A stretch of DNA of 64,000 bases from positions 128,001 through 192,000 of the forward strand of contig CAWFJJ010000025.1 of the NCBI GenBank assembly GCA_963816185.1. Direction: 5' to 3'. A program made the translations under genes and the position numbers. This DNA is from Thermoanaerobaculia bacterium. GTDB taxonomy: Bacteria > Acidobacteriota > Thermoanaerobaculia > UBA5066. Below the pieces are notes generated by a model. That model worked only from the letters and a program-made list of their open reading frames with translations. It ran no database searches and was not told where the DNA came from. Positions 25,289 through 34,349 of this stretch are shown here, one piece after another (positions within the stretch are counted from its first letter, which is position 1; the number at the start of each line of letters is the position of its first letter).

Positions 25289-25582
25289 CTACGGAGCTCC
25301 TTCCACGATGCGGATCTCGCGCTCGGCGGCGTCCTTCAGCACGGCGACCGCAGCCTGATAGGCCGGGCTCTCGTACGTCGCGATCGCCTGCGCGACGCTG
25401 TCGAACTCGATCACGACCGTCCGTTGATTTGTGCCGCCCTCGTACGTCCGGGCCGCGATTCCCCGTGCGAGGAACCGGCCTCCTCCCGCCTCGATGGCGG
25501 GGAGCCCGAGCTTCGCGTACTGGTCGAGACGGGCGAGATCGGAGACGGAGCGGTACGACGCGATCCAGTATCCCTTCCCCAT
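25289..25582 (-). CDS. DUF1330 family protein
   Basis: GYWI...GGRFLARG...EG...RTVVIEFDS..A...YESPAYQ...R..RIVEG. Confidence 0.88.
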   Translation of the reverse strand: MGKGYWIASYRSVSDLARLDQYAKLGLPAIEAGGGRFLARGIAARTYEGGTNQRTVVIEFDSVAQAIATYESPAYQAAVAVLKDAAEREIRIVEGAP

Positions 25583-25591
25583 CGGAGCCTC

Positions 25592-25653
25592 GGGGAGAGC
25601 GCGCCGACGCGGATTCCATTTCCAGGAGATGGAATAAAGCTGAAGAGTCGCAT
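25592..25653. repeat. Copy 2 of the 62-bp direct repeat (orphan FAH 5' fragment)
   Basis: Encodes the same MRLFSFIPSPGNGIRVGALS peptide on the minus strand, then diverges. Confidence 0.9.
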
Positions 25654-25729
25654 CACGACCTATCATCTCGCAGTTGAAAAGAGAGTTGGCCCCGGTGTGA
25701 GCTCGCGCGCGGGAAGCTCTTGTGGGCTC

Positions 25730-26710
25730 CTACGCGAACATCGCGTCGCCGAGGCGTTTGAGCATCGGGACACCGCGGATCTCCGTCTCGTACAGCGGCA
25801 CGATGGCGCGGACGCTGCCGTCGAACTTCTGCCAGACGGTTTTCATGTGCTCGTCCTGCATGGCGACACGGTTCTTCACAAAGTCGGCCGCTTCGGCGCC
25901 GACGGAGGCCTTGTCGATCAGCATGTTGACGAGGACGCCGCCCACGGGGATGCCGAAATCGTGGAACCACTGGATGAAGCGGGTGATGACGGCGATCGGC
26001 AGCGCCTCGGGCAGCGTCACGAAGAAAAACGAGGTCTTCTGGGGGTCTGTGAGAAGCACGCGGCCGTGCTCCATCCGGTCGCGGAAGGAGAGGAGGTACG
26101 TCATCAGCGGGTCCTCCTCCTTCTTCTTCGTGAAGGAGAGCAGCTCGCGGAGGGTCTTCGCCTCTTCGCGGCTCTTGAGCATCTTGTTGACCCAGAGAGA
26201 GTAGACCTTGGACATACCGAGCAGGCGCCGGGCGTTGGCGGTGGGCGCGGTATCGAAGACGTAGACGTCGTACTCGTCCTTGAACATGAGGTCGATCATG
26301 TTCTCGAACATCGCCGACTCCTCGAAGGCGGGGTTCATGGTCGCCGACTCCACGAAGTCCTCGGCCTTCGTCGAGATGTCGGCGAACTTGAGGAACCATT
26401 TGATCTTCTCGCGGATCTCGACCTTCGAGCGCTCGATCGTCTCCTTCGTCTCGATCTCGTACGCCCACAGGTTCGGAGCGCCGTCGACCGGCGTGTGCTT
26501 TCCGAGCACGTTCTGGCCCAGGAGGCTCGAGAGACTGTGGACGGGGTTCGTCGAGGCCAGCATCGTCCGGCGCCCGAGCTGCGCGTTGTGGAGGGCGGTG
26601 GCGGCCGCGAAGACTGTCTTGCCGACGCCCCCCTTGCCGCCGAAGAAGATGTACTTCAGGCCGGCGTGGTCCTTGATGTAGGCGCTCATGGAGGTCTGGA
26701 TCTCAGGCAT
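25730..26710 (-). CDS. ArsA/Get3(TRC40)-family ATPase, single domain, degenerate switch I (STNP)
   Basis: GGKGGVGKT deviant Walker A, STNPVHSL, DTAPT, VLVN; RBS GGAGAG before ATG 26710. Confidence 0.9.
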   Translation of the reverse strand: MPEIQTSMSAYIKDHAGLKYIFFGGKGGVGKTVFAAATALHNAQLGRRTMLASTNPVHSLSSLLGQNVLGKHTPVDGAPNLWAYEIETKETIERSKVEIREKIKWFLKFADISTKAEDFVESATMNPAFEESAMFENMIDLMFKDEYDVYVFDTAPTANARRLLGMSKVYSLWVNKMLKSREEAKTLRELLSFTKKKEEDPLMTYLLSFRDRMEHGRVLLTDPQKTSFFFVTLPEALPIAVITRFIQWFHDFGIPVGGVLVNMLIDKASVGAEAADFVKNRVAMQDEHMKTVWQKFDGSVRAIVPLYETEIRGVPMLKRLGDAMFA

Positions 26711-26734
26711 GGCGGTTCTCTCCACGTCCCGGCT

Positions 26735-27721
26735 TCAGCCGAGCTTTCCGTTGCCGTACATGATCCCGGCGAGCTTCTCGATCATCCCGAGGCCCGTCAC
26801 GTCGCGCTCGAGCTCCGGGACGTAGGCGAGGACGTCTTTTCCGAACGTCGTCCTGATGTGTCCGAGGTACTTGTCCTGCATCTGGATCCGGTTGCGCAGA
26901 TAGTCGGGGATGTTCTGGTCGATCAGCTCGTGGGGGATGACGCGGTTGACGACGTAGCCGCCGATCGGGACGTCGAACTGGGCGAAGAGCTTCGCGGCTT
27001 TTTCCGTGTCCACGATGATCATGTCCTCCGGCGTCACGACGAAGAAGAACGCCGTCTTGTCCTTGTCCGTGAGGATCTTGGAGGACGCGTTGATCCGCCC
27101 CTTGATGTAGACGAGCTCGTTCAGGATCGCGTCCTGCTCGGTCTCCTTCTCGCGCTTGAGGCGGCTGACCATCTCCTCGTACTCGCGCATGTCCTCGCGC
27201 AGCTTCGTCACCTTGTTGATCCACTCGTCGTAGACCTTCGCCATCGAGAGGTAGTAGAGCGCGTGACCGAGCGGGACGAGATCGTAGATGTAGTAGTCGT
27301 AGTTCTCCTGGACGACGACGTCCACCACGGCGTCGAAGATCGCGCTCTCCTCCATGGCCGGCTCGGCGCTCGCGGCCTGGATGTAGCTTTCGATCTCCTC
27401 GGGCACCTTCTCGAGACCGTACATGTCCCGGATCTTCTTGCGGATCTCCTCCTGGTAGGCCTTGATGTGGCTGTCGGCGTCGATCTCCTGCGCCCACAGG
27501 TTCTCCATGATCTTCACCGGGCCCTTGCCGAAGATATCCCTCTGGAAGATGTCGGTGAGCGAGGCCTGGGGGTCGACGGAGAAGACGAGAACCTTCTTGC
27601 CCTGCTTCGCGAGCCAGTAGGCCGTCGCGGCCGAGAACGTCGTCTTTCCCAGGCCGCCCTTGCCGCCGAACATGATGTACCGGCGGCCCGGGTTCTGCTC
27701 GAACACCTCTTTCATCCCCAT
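26735..27721 (-). CDS. ArsA/Get3(TRC40)-family ATPase, single domain
   Basis: GGKGGLGKT, SVDPQASL, EID, DLVPLGH, VVNRV. Confidence 0.9.
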   Translation of the reverse strand: MGMKEVFEQNPGRRYIMFGGKGGLGKTTFSAATAYWLAKQGKKVLVFSVDPQASLTDIFQRDIFGKGPVKIMENLWAQEIDADSHIKAYQEEIRKKIRDMYGLEKVPEEIESYIQAASAEPAMEESAIFDAVVDVVVQENYDYYIYDLVPLGHALYYLSMAKVYDEWINKVTKLREDMREYEEMVSRLKREKETEQDAILNELVYIKGRINASSKILTDKDKTAFFFVVTPEDMIIVDTEKAAKLFAQFDVPIGGYVVNRVIPHELIDQNIPDYLRNRIQMQDKYLGHIRTTFGKDVLAYVPELERDVTGLGMIEKLAGIMYGNGKLG

Positions 27722-27763
27722 GGTGCGTTCTCCTCTTTCTCGACGATCTTTTTCCCGGAGACC

Positions 27764-28051
27764 TCAGAACATCGCGTCGGAAACGTCCTTCTCCCGAAGC
27801 ATCCGGCGCTTCCACGTCGCGATCTGCGGGACGACGTGCGGAAGGAGTCGGAGGCTGTAGTACGGCGGGAGAATGGGGATCCCGAGCAGGTCTCCCATCG
27901 TGATGAGGATGAACAGGTGCTCCATGGAGGCCCGCGTCCGGAGAGCCGCGCGGCTCATGTCGTGCGCGGACATACCGTAAATGGTTTCCTTGAAACCGTG
28001 CCAGAGTCCCTTGAGGCCTCCCGGCCTGACGTATTTCTTCTTCTCGGACAC
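27764..28051 (-). CDS. Small CstA/ArsA-associated protein (cory-CC-star-like, no CC tail), paralog 1
   Basis: GAGGAGG RBS with GTG start; core MEHLFILITMGDLLGIPILPPYYSLRLLP, shared with 28809..29090. Confidence 0.8.
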   Translation of the reverse strand: MSEKKKYVRPGGLKGLWHGFKETIYGMSAHDMSRAALRTRASMEHLFILITMGDLLGIPILPPYYSLRLLPHVVPQIATWKRRMLREKDVSDAMF

Positions 28052-28124
28052 CGTCTCCTCCTCTCGCCGCCCGGGCGCGATTCCGGGCCCGTTCCAAGGT
28101 TAGAGCCCCCGGCGCTCCGGGACG

Positions 28125-28139
28125 CGATGCAGATGCACT
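28125..28139. promoter_or_regulatory. Putative operator CGATGCAGATGCA upstream of the small-protein/ATPase operon
   Basis: 12/13 match to 34350-34362; about 23 bp upstream of a -10-like TAACCT (minus strand, 28097-28102). Confidence 0.5.
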
Positions 28140-28253
28140 AATGAGATTTCGAGGAGATTCGGCCCGAAAAACGGCGAGCGCGCGCTCGAGGTGCCCGTGG
28201 CCCCCGAAGCGCGCGCTCTGGTTTCAGCTCGACGCGGATTCCAGTGCTTCTCT

Positions 28254-28679
28254 CTACTTCTCCTTCACCTTCACCTTTTCCTTGACGATGACCTTTCTCC
28301 CGTTCTCCAACGTGATCACCTTCTGGGTGGTCCAGTGTCCGGGAACGTACTCGACACCGCGATCGACACGCGTGTACTCGGGCGCGACCCAGCGGACTTC
28401 CGCGGCCGGCGGAGCCGCCCAGCGCCCGGTGACCCAGACCCAGCCGGTGGGTCGATGGTCCCAGTAGCCTGCGATCCAGACGTAGCTCGGCGCGGGACGC
28501 GTGCTCTCGACGACCGCCTCCTCGACGGGCGGCGGCGGCTGCTCCTTGACGACCGTGACGGTCACCTCGTCAGGGATCGGCGGTGGCGGCGGCATCGGAA
28601 TCTGGGCCGTCGCGATTCCGGCGCCCAGCATGAGAGCGACACCCAGAGTCGGACCCAAGATGTTCTTACGACACATCAT
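28254..28679 (-). CDS. Secreted WXXGXW (YXWGXW) repeat protein
   Basis: Signal peptide, Pro-rich linker, YVWIAGYW, WVWVTGRW, YVPGHW repeats. Confidence 0.85.
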   Translation of the reverse strand: MMCRKNILGPTLGVALMLGAGIATAQIPMPPPPPIPDEVTVTVVKEQPPPPVEEAVVESTRPAPSYVWIAGYWDHRPTGWVWVTGRWAAPPAAEVRWVAPEYTRVDRGVEYVPGHWTTQKVITLENGRKVIVKEKVKVKEK

Positions 28680-28808
28680 GCTCTCCTTTCGGGGGTTCCG
28701 GACCCCGCGGAGGAGACCGCAATCACGATGCCAGGTGCCGTTGGCTCTTCTTCAAAAAAGGCCGATTCGCGTAAAGAATGCGCCGACCGACAACCATGAA
28801 CCGTGCCT

Positions 28809-29090
28809 TCAAACCCCGTGCAGATGCTGTTCGTGGCTGTCGCCGAACTGCCGCTCGCGCAGCGTGCGCCTCTTCCAGGTCTGAAGGCTGCCGGTGACGT
28901 ACGGGAGGAGGCGCAGGGCGTAATAGGGCGGCATCACCGGCACGCCGAGCATGTCGCCGAACGTGATGAGCATGAAGAGCGATTCCATCGACGCGCGGAT
29001 CTCGAGCGCCTGCTGCGCGTGCTCGTAGCCGAACATCCCGTAGAGGAATTCCCGGAACGCTTTTCCCCGGCCGCCGCGCGTTTCCACCAC
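28809..29090 (-). CDS. Small CstA/ArsA-associated protein, paralog 2
   Basis: GAGGAG RBS; MESLFMLITFGDMLGVPVMPPYYALRLLP..WKRR..RE, paralogous to 27764..28051. Confidence 0.8.
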   Translation of the reverse strand: MVETRGGRGKAFREFLYGMFGYEHAQQALEIRASMESLFMLITFGDMLGVPVMPPYYALRLLPYVTGSLQTWKRRTLRERQFGDSHEQHLHGV

Positions 29091-29197
29091 GTCTCTCCTC
29101 CGCGCCGAGTGTATACACAGGTCCAGTGAGGCTCCCTCACCTCATCACGGCCGTTAGTTATCGAACTGCAGGACCATTTCAATACAGGATTCTTGCG

Positions 29198-31645
29198 ATG
29201 CGGCTCTTAGGGTCTTCGCGTCGTGCCGGGCTTTCTGCTCTCGTCGCCGCGCTCTGCGCCGCCGCCGCGCCTGCCTTCGCGGGCGTGTGGTTCTGGCCTG
29301 TACCTGCGCCCCCGGACGCACTCGTGATCTCCAGTGCGGCGTTGTCGCTGACATCGAGCGGGCTCAATTTGAACATTCCGTACGGCCTCTTCGCGGTCCC
29401 GGGGCGCGGCATGTTTCACCTGGGATTAAGGCAATACGTGCCTGCGCCATGCGCGGACGCGCAGATAGTCGATATCCTCGACTATCAAACGCTCGCCGCC
29501 TGGACCAGCTGCGGCCTCTTGACCCTGTCTGGGCCAGCCGCCAAACCAGCGGGGCCCGGCCTGCCTGTCGGGGCGCAGGTTACGAGCATGCTGAATGGCC
29601 TCGTCGGGACCTCCAACGCGGGCGTCTACTCCTTTGGGTCGCTCGGAAGCGTTCTCACACCATCGAGCGACGGGCTCCCGGCAAACGCGCCGATCCGAAG
29701 CCTGGGTTTCGCGGCAGGGCGAACGTACGTTTCTCTTTCCGGCGGAGGTCTTTACGACAGAATTTCCGGCGGTCTGTGGAAAGACGCCTCCAACGGACTC
29801 CCGGCCGATGAGACGGTAAACGCCATCGGAGGGGCCCCGAGTACGTTCGCCGCAGTTGACGCGCACGGCATCTGGCGACGGATGGGGTACGGAAACTGGC
29901 AGCCCGATTCCGACGGCGCGAACTCTGCTGTGGTGACCTCTTTCGCAGGCTCATTCGCTGCCGCCCGAACCGCAGGAGTCCTGCGCCACGTGGACGGCGC
30001 GTGGATGCCCGAGACATCGGGACTTCCACCGGGCACGGACGCGCGCGTGATCGCCGCGGGCACAAGCGGCAGCCCGTTCTTTTTTGGCGAGAATTTGTTC
30101 TTCGGCACGGGAGGGCAGGGACTCTTCGAGGCGATCGCAACCCCGATGCAACGCGTCCTGCCCGCTCTCGTGGACACGGTCGGTGCAACCGGACAGCAGT
30201 TCCGAACGGAAATCACGATCGGGAATCTCGGTCCTTACGATTCCGTGGATCTATTGGTTTCTCGTCCCCCCGGCCTCACGACCCTACACATTCCGTTACG
30301 CACGGAGCTGAGGGCGCCCGACGCTGTTTCGTGGCTGCGCTCGACGGGACTGGATATCCCCGCGAGTGCCGCGGTGACCAGCCTGACGATCCCTCTTTTG
30401 GGTGGGTACGGAGATGTTCCATCTGGGAGATACATATTCGCCCGCATCTACACGACCGATGCGTCCGGGGGGACGTACGGCGTGATGCTCGAGGCGCCGA
30501 CGGATATCGATGCGGCGGAAGAGGAGGCGAGCGTCTACGGCCTGAGAAGCGCGGCAGGGGTCGAGCGCTCGAACCTCGCCGTATTTCACGTGTCGACCCT
30601 TCGCGGCTCCGACCCGATCACGCTTTCGGTCCAGGTGTTCGCGGCGGACGGAACCCCCGCACCGAACGTCCTCACCCGAACGCTTGCGCCCGGCGAATTC
30701 TTCCAGTGGAACGACGTGCTTCTCCTCGCGGGTCTGCCGCAGGGGTCGTCGGGCTACGCGCGGATCTCAAGGGTCGCGGGCATCGGCGCGTGGACCGGCT
30801 ACGGCGTCATCAACGACGCCGCGACTTCGGACGGCGCTGTGCTTCCGCTCTACCGGCCGGGAGGCCTCGCCGCGGCGCGGCGCCTGCTCGTGCCGGTCGT
30901 CCTCGACACGTACGGCGCGGCCGGGTCGCATTACACGACCGAGCTGACGCTCGCGAACGATTCGGCGCGGCCGTCGACGGCCTCGCTCCTCTATCACGCC
31001 GCTCCGGGCTACGGCGCTCCGCTCGCCGCGCCTGCCGTGTCGCTTCCCGTCGGCGCCGGGCGACAGGTCACACTCCCGGACGTCGTCGCGTTCCTGCGGG
31101 CGCATGGAGTGGCGATCCCGGATCCGCTGGCGGCGGGCTCTCAGGCCGGGACTCTCGAGATCGTCTTTCAAGGCCTCGACGGCGACGACGCGGCGAGAAC
31201 GGTCGCGCTCGCGCGCACGACGACGCCGAACCCGAATCGTGACACGGGAGGCCGCTTCGGCGTCTCGTATTCCGCGATCGCGTGGGGAGGCGGGGCGCGG
31301 CAGACGGCGCTGGTTCCCGCGCTGTCGCAGGACGCGGCGAGCCGCTCGAACCTCGCCGTCGTCAACGCCGGCGGCGGCTCCGAAGGCCCTATCACGCTCT
31401 CCGTCCAGCTCCGGGATGCGGACTCGGGCAGCGACGTGGGAAGCCCGCTCACCGTTTCCCTGAATCCCGGCGAGTGGTTCCAGTGGGACCGGGTGATCGA
31501 GCGCGCCGGCGCCGCGACCTCGAAGGCGATCGCGACCGTTACGCGCATTGCCGGAGACGACACGTTCTTCGCATACGGCGTCGTGAACGACGCGAAGACG
31601 TCCGACGGCAGCTTCATCCGGATGATCCGGCTCGACCCGGAGTAA
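29198..31645 (+). CDS. Large secreted protein: N-terminal beta-propeller-like repeats + two tandem beta-sandwich-like modules
   Basis: Signal peptide (AAPAFA); repeated S(D/N)GLP units; duplicated module ...RSNLAV...L.PGE.FQW...YGV.NDA.TSDG. Confidence 0.8.
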   Translation: MRLLGSSRRAGLSALVAALCAAAAPAFAGVWFWPVPAPPDALVISSAALSLTSSGLNLNIPYGLFAVPGRGMFHLGLRQYVPAPCADAQIVDILDYQTLAAWTSCGLLTLSGPAAKPAGPGLPVGAQVTSMLNGLVGTSNAGVYSFGSLGSVLTPSSDGLPANAPIRSLGFAAGRTYVSLSGGGLYDRISGGLWKDASNGLPADETVNAIGGAPSTFAAVDAHGIWRRMGYGNWQPDSDGANSAVVTSFAGSFAAARTAGVLRHVDGAWMPETSGLPPGTDARVIAAGTSGSPFFFGENLFFGTGGQGLFEAIATPMQRVLPALVDTVGATGQQFRTEITIGNLGPYDSVDLLVSRPPGLTTLHIPLRTELRAPDAVSWLRSTGLDIPASAAVTSLTIPLLGGYGDVPSGRYIFARIYTTDASGGTYGVMLEAPTDIDAAEEEASVYGLRSAAGVERSNLAVFHVSTLRGSDPITLSVQVFAADGTPAPNVLTRTLAPGEFFQWNDVLLLAGLPQGSSGYARISRVAGIGAWTGYGVINDAATSDGAVLPLYRPGGLAAARRLLVPVVLDTYGAAGSHYTTELTLANDSARPSTASLLYHAAPGYGAPLAAPAVSLPVGAGRQVTLPDVVAFLRAHGVAIPDPLAAGSQAGTLEIVFQGLDGDDAARTVALARTTTPNPNRDTGGRFGVSYSAIAWGGGARQTALVPALSQDAASRSNLAVVNAGGGSEGPITLSVQLRDADSGSDVGSPLTVSLNPGEWFQWDRVIERAGAATSKAIATVTRIAGDDTFFAYGVVNDAKTSDGSFIRMIRLDPE

Positions 31646-31728
31646 GCCGCCGGCACGTTCGAGACGCTCTGCTATCGTCTCCGCCCGGCGAGGCGATCGC
31701 CGGGAGGTCCCACCTGTCCACTCCGCTC

Positions 31729-32352
31729 ATGTTCCTGGTCGCGATCGTCATGGTGTGGTTCGCGGCCGGGAGCATCTGGAACGTGCGGAAGGGGAAGGCC
31801 ACGATCCGCTGGATGCAGGGAGGGCTTCATCTCCTCTGCGAAAGGACGACGGTCCGATGGCTCGGGACGACGGCGGTCGAGCTCGCCCTGGTGAAGCCTA
31901 AAGCCCCGTTCGAGGGGGTAACGCTCGTGATCTTCCTCGAGCCGCGGGACGTCCCGTGGCTCTGGGGGTTCTCGAGGAGCCGGGGGCGCCGCGACGCGCT
32001 CATCGTCCGCGGGAAGCTCCGCCGCGCGCCGCACGGCGATCTGGAGGCGCTCGACCGCTCGAGCTTCGCGGGGCGCGACGCGCTGCGCCACATGGCGAAC
32101 GAGCGCTGGTCGGTCCGCGAGGCCGCGGCCGAAGGCATGCGGCCGGTCTACTACAAGGTGGAAGGCACTCTTCCGCTCGCCGACGATCTCCTCGAGCTGG
32201 CCCGCGCCGGAGGCTTGACGGTCCGGCGCCTCTCCGTACGCCGGGCCGAGCCCCACTTGCAGCTCCACATCGACCTGCCCGCCGAGTCCGCTCCCGCCGC
32301 GGACGTGTTCGCGGCGGTGCGGATGATCGGCGATCGCGCGCTGAGGACCTAG
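31729..32352 (+). CDS. Single-TM membrane-anchored protein of unknown function
   Basis: C-terminal part of ORF 31282..32352; N-terminal TM then WNVRKG...LEPRDVPWLW...GRRDAL; GGGAGG RBS nearby; convergent on cstA. Confidence 0.75.
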   Translation: MFLVAIVMVWFAAGSIWNVRKGKATIRWMQGGLHLLCERTTVRWLGTTAVELALVKPKAPFEGVTLVIFLEPRDVPWLWGFSRSRGRRDALIVRGKLRRAPHGDLEALDRSSFAGRDALRHMANERWSVREAAAEGMRPVYYKVEGTLPLADDLLELARAGGLTVRRLSVRRAEPHLQLHIDLPAESAPAADVFAAVRMIGDRALRT

Positions 32353-34268
32353 ACGATCACGGGGGCCGGCTTCACGGCCGCCGGCGTCGCGCTGTACTTC
32401 CGGTAAGCCTTCAGGCCGTCCCACCCGATGAAGAGCGCCGCGATGATCAGGAGAACTGCGAGGACGATCATCGCCCACGCGCCTGCGACCGGCAGCCCGC
32501 TCATCGCCGGGTTCGCCGCGATCGTCACATAGAGGTTGCGCGCCGTGACGGCCGTGGCGAAGAGCGTCGTGACGTACATGAAGAGCATCGGGTAGAGGGC
32601 GAAGCTCGGGTTCCTCTTCTCCGACTTGAGCCAGACGGTCACGACGAGGAGGCTCAGCGCGGCCATGAGCTGGTTCGACGCGCCGAACATCTGCCACAGG
32701 TAGACCCACGTGCCCGTCATGACGAGCGCGAGCGTCAGCAGCATGGAGATGATGCTCGAGACGTGCATGTTGCGCACGAGCGGAATCGCCTCGCCCGCCC
32801 ACTCGGTGAGCGTGACGCGCATGACGCGGAAGACGAGCTGCGTCACCGTCAGGACGATGACGACGAAGGCGCCGAACCCGAGCGCCGTGCCGAAGACCTC
32901 GGGGATCGCCTTGAACGTGCCGGCGTAAATGAGCTTGCCGACGCCCGCCGCGAACCTTCCGCCGCCGCCCCCGACGCCCGCGATCGAGACGGCCACGAGC
33001 GAGAGGAGGGCGAGCGTGTATTCGCCGAACATCGAGCCGCCGCCGACCGGGAGGCCGTCGGTCTCGTACTCGAGCTGCCGCGCCGTCCCGACCGAGCCGA
33101 CGAGCGCGTGCCAGCCGGAGATCGCGCCGCAGGCGATCGTCACGAAGAGCATCGGCCAGAGCGGCTGCCACGCCGTGAACGGCTTGACCGGGGCCGTGAA
33201 GCCGAGGTCCTTGACCGCCGTCAGCGCGAACGCGCCGATGGCCTTGCCGCCCGCGTCCAGAACGCCCGTCAGAGGCGCGACGAGGGCTCCGATCGCCGAG
33301 AGGACGATCGTGATGAGCATGACCCAGAAGCCGATGTAGTTGACGGGCTGGGCGAACCGCCAGATGGGCATGTTCGCGCCGCAGTAGGAGAAGGCGAAGA
33401 GGAAGACCATCCAGAGGAGGTAGTTCGGAAGCGTCCGGATCTGCTGCGTGGCCGCGTCGTACGCTGGGGTCGTCGGCCTCTTGCCGTCGGGCCCCGGAAC
33501 CGGGATGCGCGGGTCGGCGTTCGTGGGATCCTGGAGGGAGAGGATCGGCTGCTTGGCGTTGAGGTTGTCGATGGCCGCGTTCACCGAGACGACCGCCGCG
33601 CCGACCGGCCCCTGGACGAGAGCTCCCTTCGCGTTCTTCGTCTGGCCCCACGGGCCGAGCGCCATGGCCCCGAGCGTCACGGCCACGACGATCACCGTCA
33701 CGAGGATCAGGTTCATCTTCCAGCGATACATCATCTGGCCCGCCAGAAGACCCATGAGCGCCAGCATGATGATGCCGAACGGCACGTCGGGGCGCGCGGA
33801 GAGGATCGCCGCGAGGATTCCGACGAACGCTCCGGCGAGGAGCATCAGGTAGAAGAAGATGAAGATGAAGAGGATCGTCCGGGTGCGCGGCGCGATGAGC
33901 TTGTGCGAGATCGCGCTCAGGCTGTTCCCGTCGTTCCTCACCGAGACCATGATCGCGGAGTAGTCGCTGACCCATCCGATGAAGCTGACCCCGATGACGA
34001 GCCACAGGAGGGACGGGAACCAGCCCCAGATGTTCGCGGCCGTGATGGGGCCGACGATCGGCCCCGCGGCGGCGATGGACTTGAAGTGGTAGCCGTACAG
34101 GACGTTCTTGCTCGTGGGCATGAAGTCCACGCCGTCCATGTACATCGTGGCCGGCGTCGCTTTCTTCGCGTCGGACCTGATGACGTCCCGGTCGATCCGC
34201 CGCGCGTAGAAGTTGTAGGCCAGGTAGATGACGACCGTCGCGATCACGACGATCCACAACGTGTTCAT
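32349..34268 (-). CDS. cstA: Carbon starvation protein A family transporter (peptide/pyruvate:H+ symporter family)
   Basis: TPA...DGVDF.PT...LYGYHFKSIAAAGPIVGP, LFVTIACGAISGWH, W.MFGASNQL; many TMs; AAGGAG RBS. Confidence 0.92.
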   Translation of the reverse strand: MNTLWIVVIATVVIYLAYNFYARRIDRDVIRSDAKKATPATMYMDGVDFMPTSKNVLYGYHFKSIAAAGPIVGPITAANIWGWFPSLLWLVIGVSFIGWVSDYSAIMVSVRNDGNSLSAISHKLIAPRTRTILFIFIFFYLMLLAGAFVGILAAILSARPDVPFGIIMLALMGLLAGQMMYRWKMNLILVTVIVVAVTLGAMALGPWGQTKNAKGALVQGPVGAAVVSVNAAIDNLNAKQPILSLQDPTNADPRIPVPGPDGKRPTTPAYDAATQQIRTLPNYLLWMVFLFAFSYCGANMPIWRFAQPVNYIGFWVMLITIVLSAIGALVAPLTGVLDAGGKAIGAFALTAVKDLGFTAPVKPFTAWQPLWPMLFVTIACGAISGWHALVGSVGTARQLEYETDGLPVGGGSMFGEYTLALLSLVAVSIAGVGGGGGRFAAGVGKLIYAGTFKAIPEVFGTALGFGAFVVIVLTVTQLVFRVMRVTLTEWAGEAIPLVRNMHVSSIISMLLTLALVMTGTWVYLWQMFGASNQLMAALSLLVVTVWLKSEKRNPSFALYPMLFMYVTTLFATAVTARNLYVTIAANPAMSGLPVAGAWAMIVLAVLLIIAALFIGWDGLKAYRKYSATPAAVKPAPVIV

Positions 34269-34349
34269 CGGTGGGCTCCTTTCACGGGCGTGTCCCGTTG
34301 GCGCGCAGAGGTACCCCTTCAGCATAGGTCGGAGCGCAGCCTTCGCCGT

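Noticed and set aside
25730-27721. Arsenic-resistance (ars) operon
   Set aside because: No cysteines in either ATPase and no arsB/acr3/arsC/arsD/arsR nearby.
29109-29118. GTGTATACAC palindrome before small paralog 2 as a third copy of the shared operator
   Set aside because: Does not match GATGCAnATGCA; it overlaps a probable -10 box and is a single instance.
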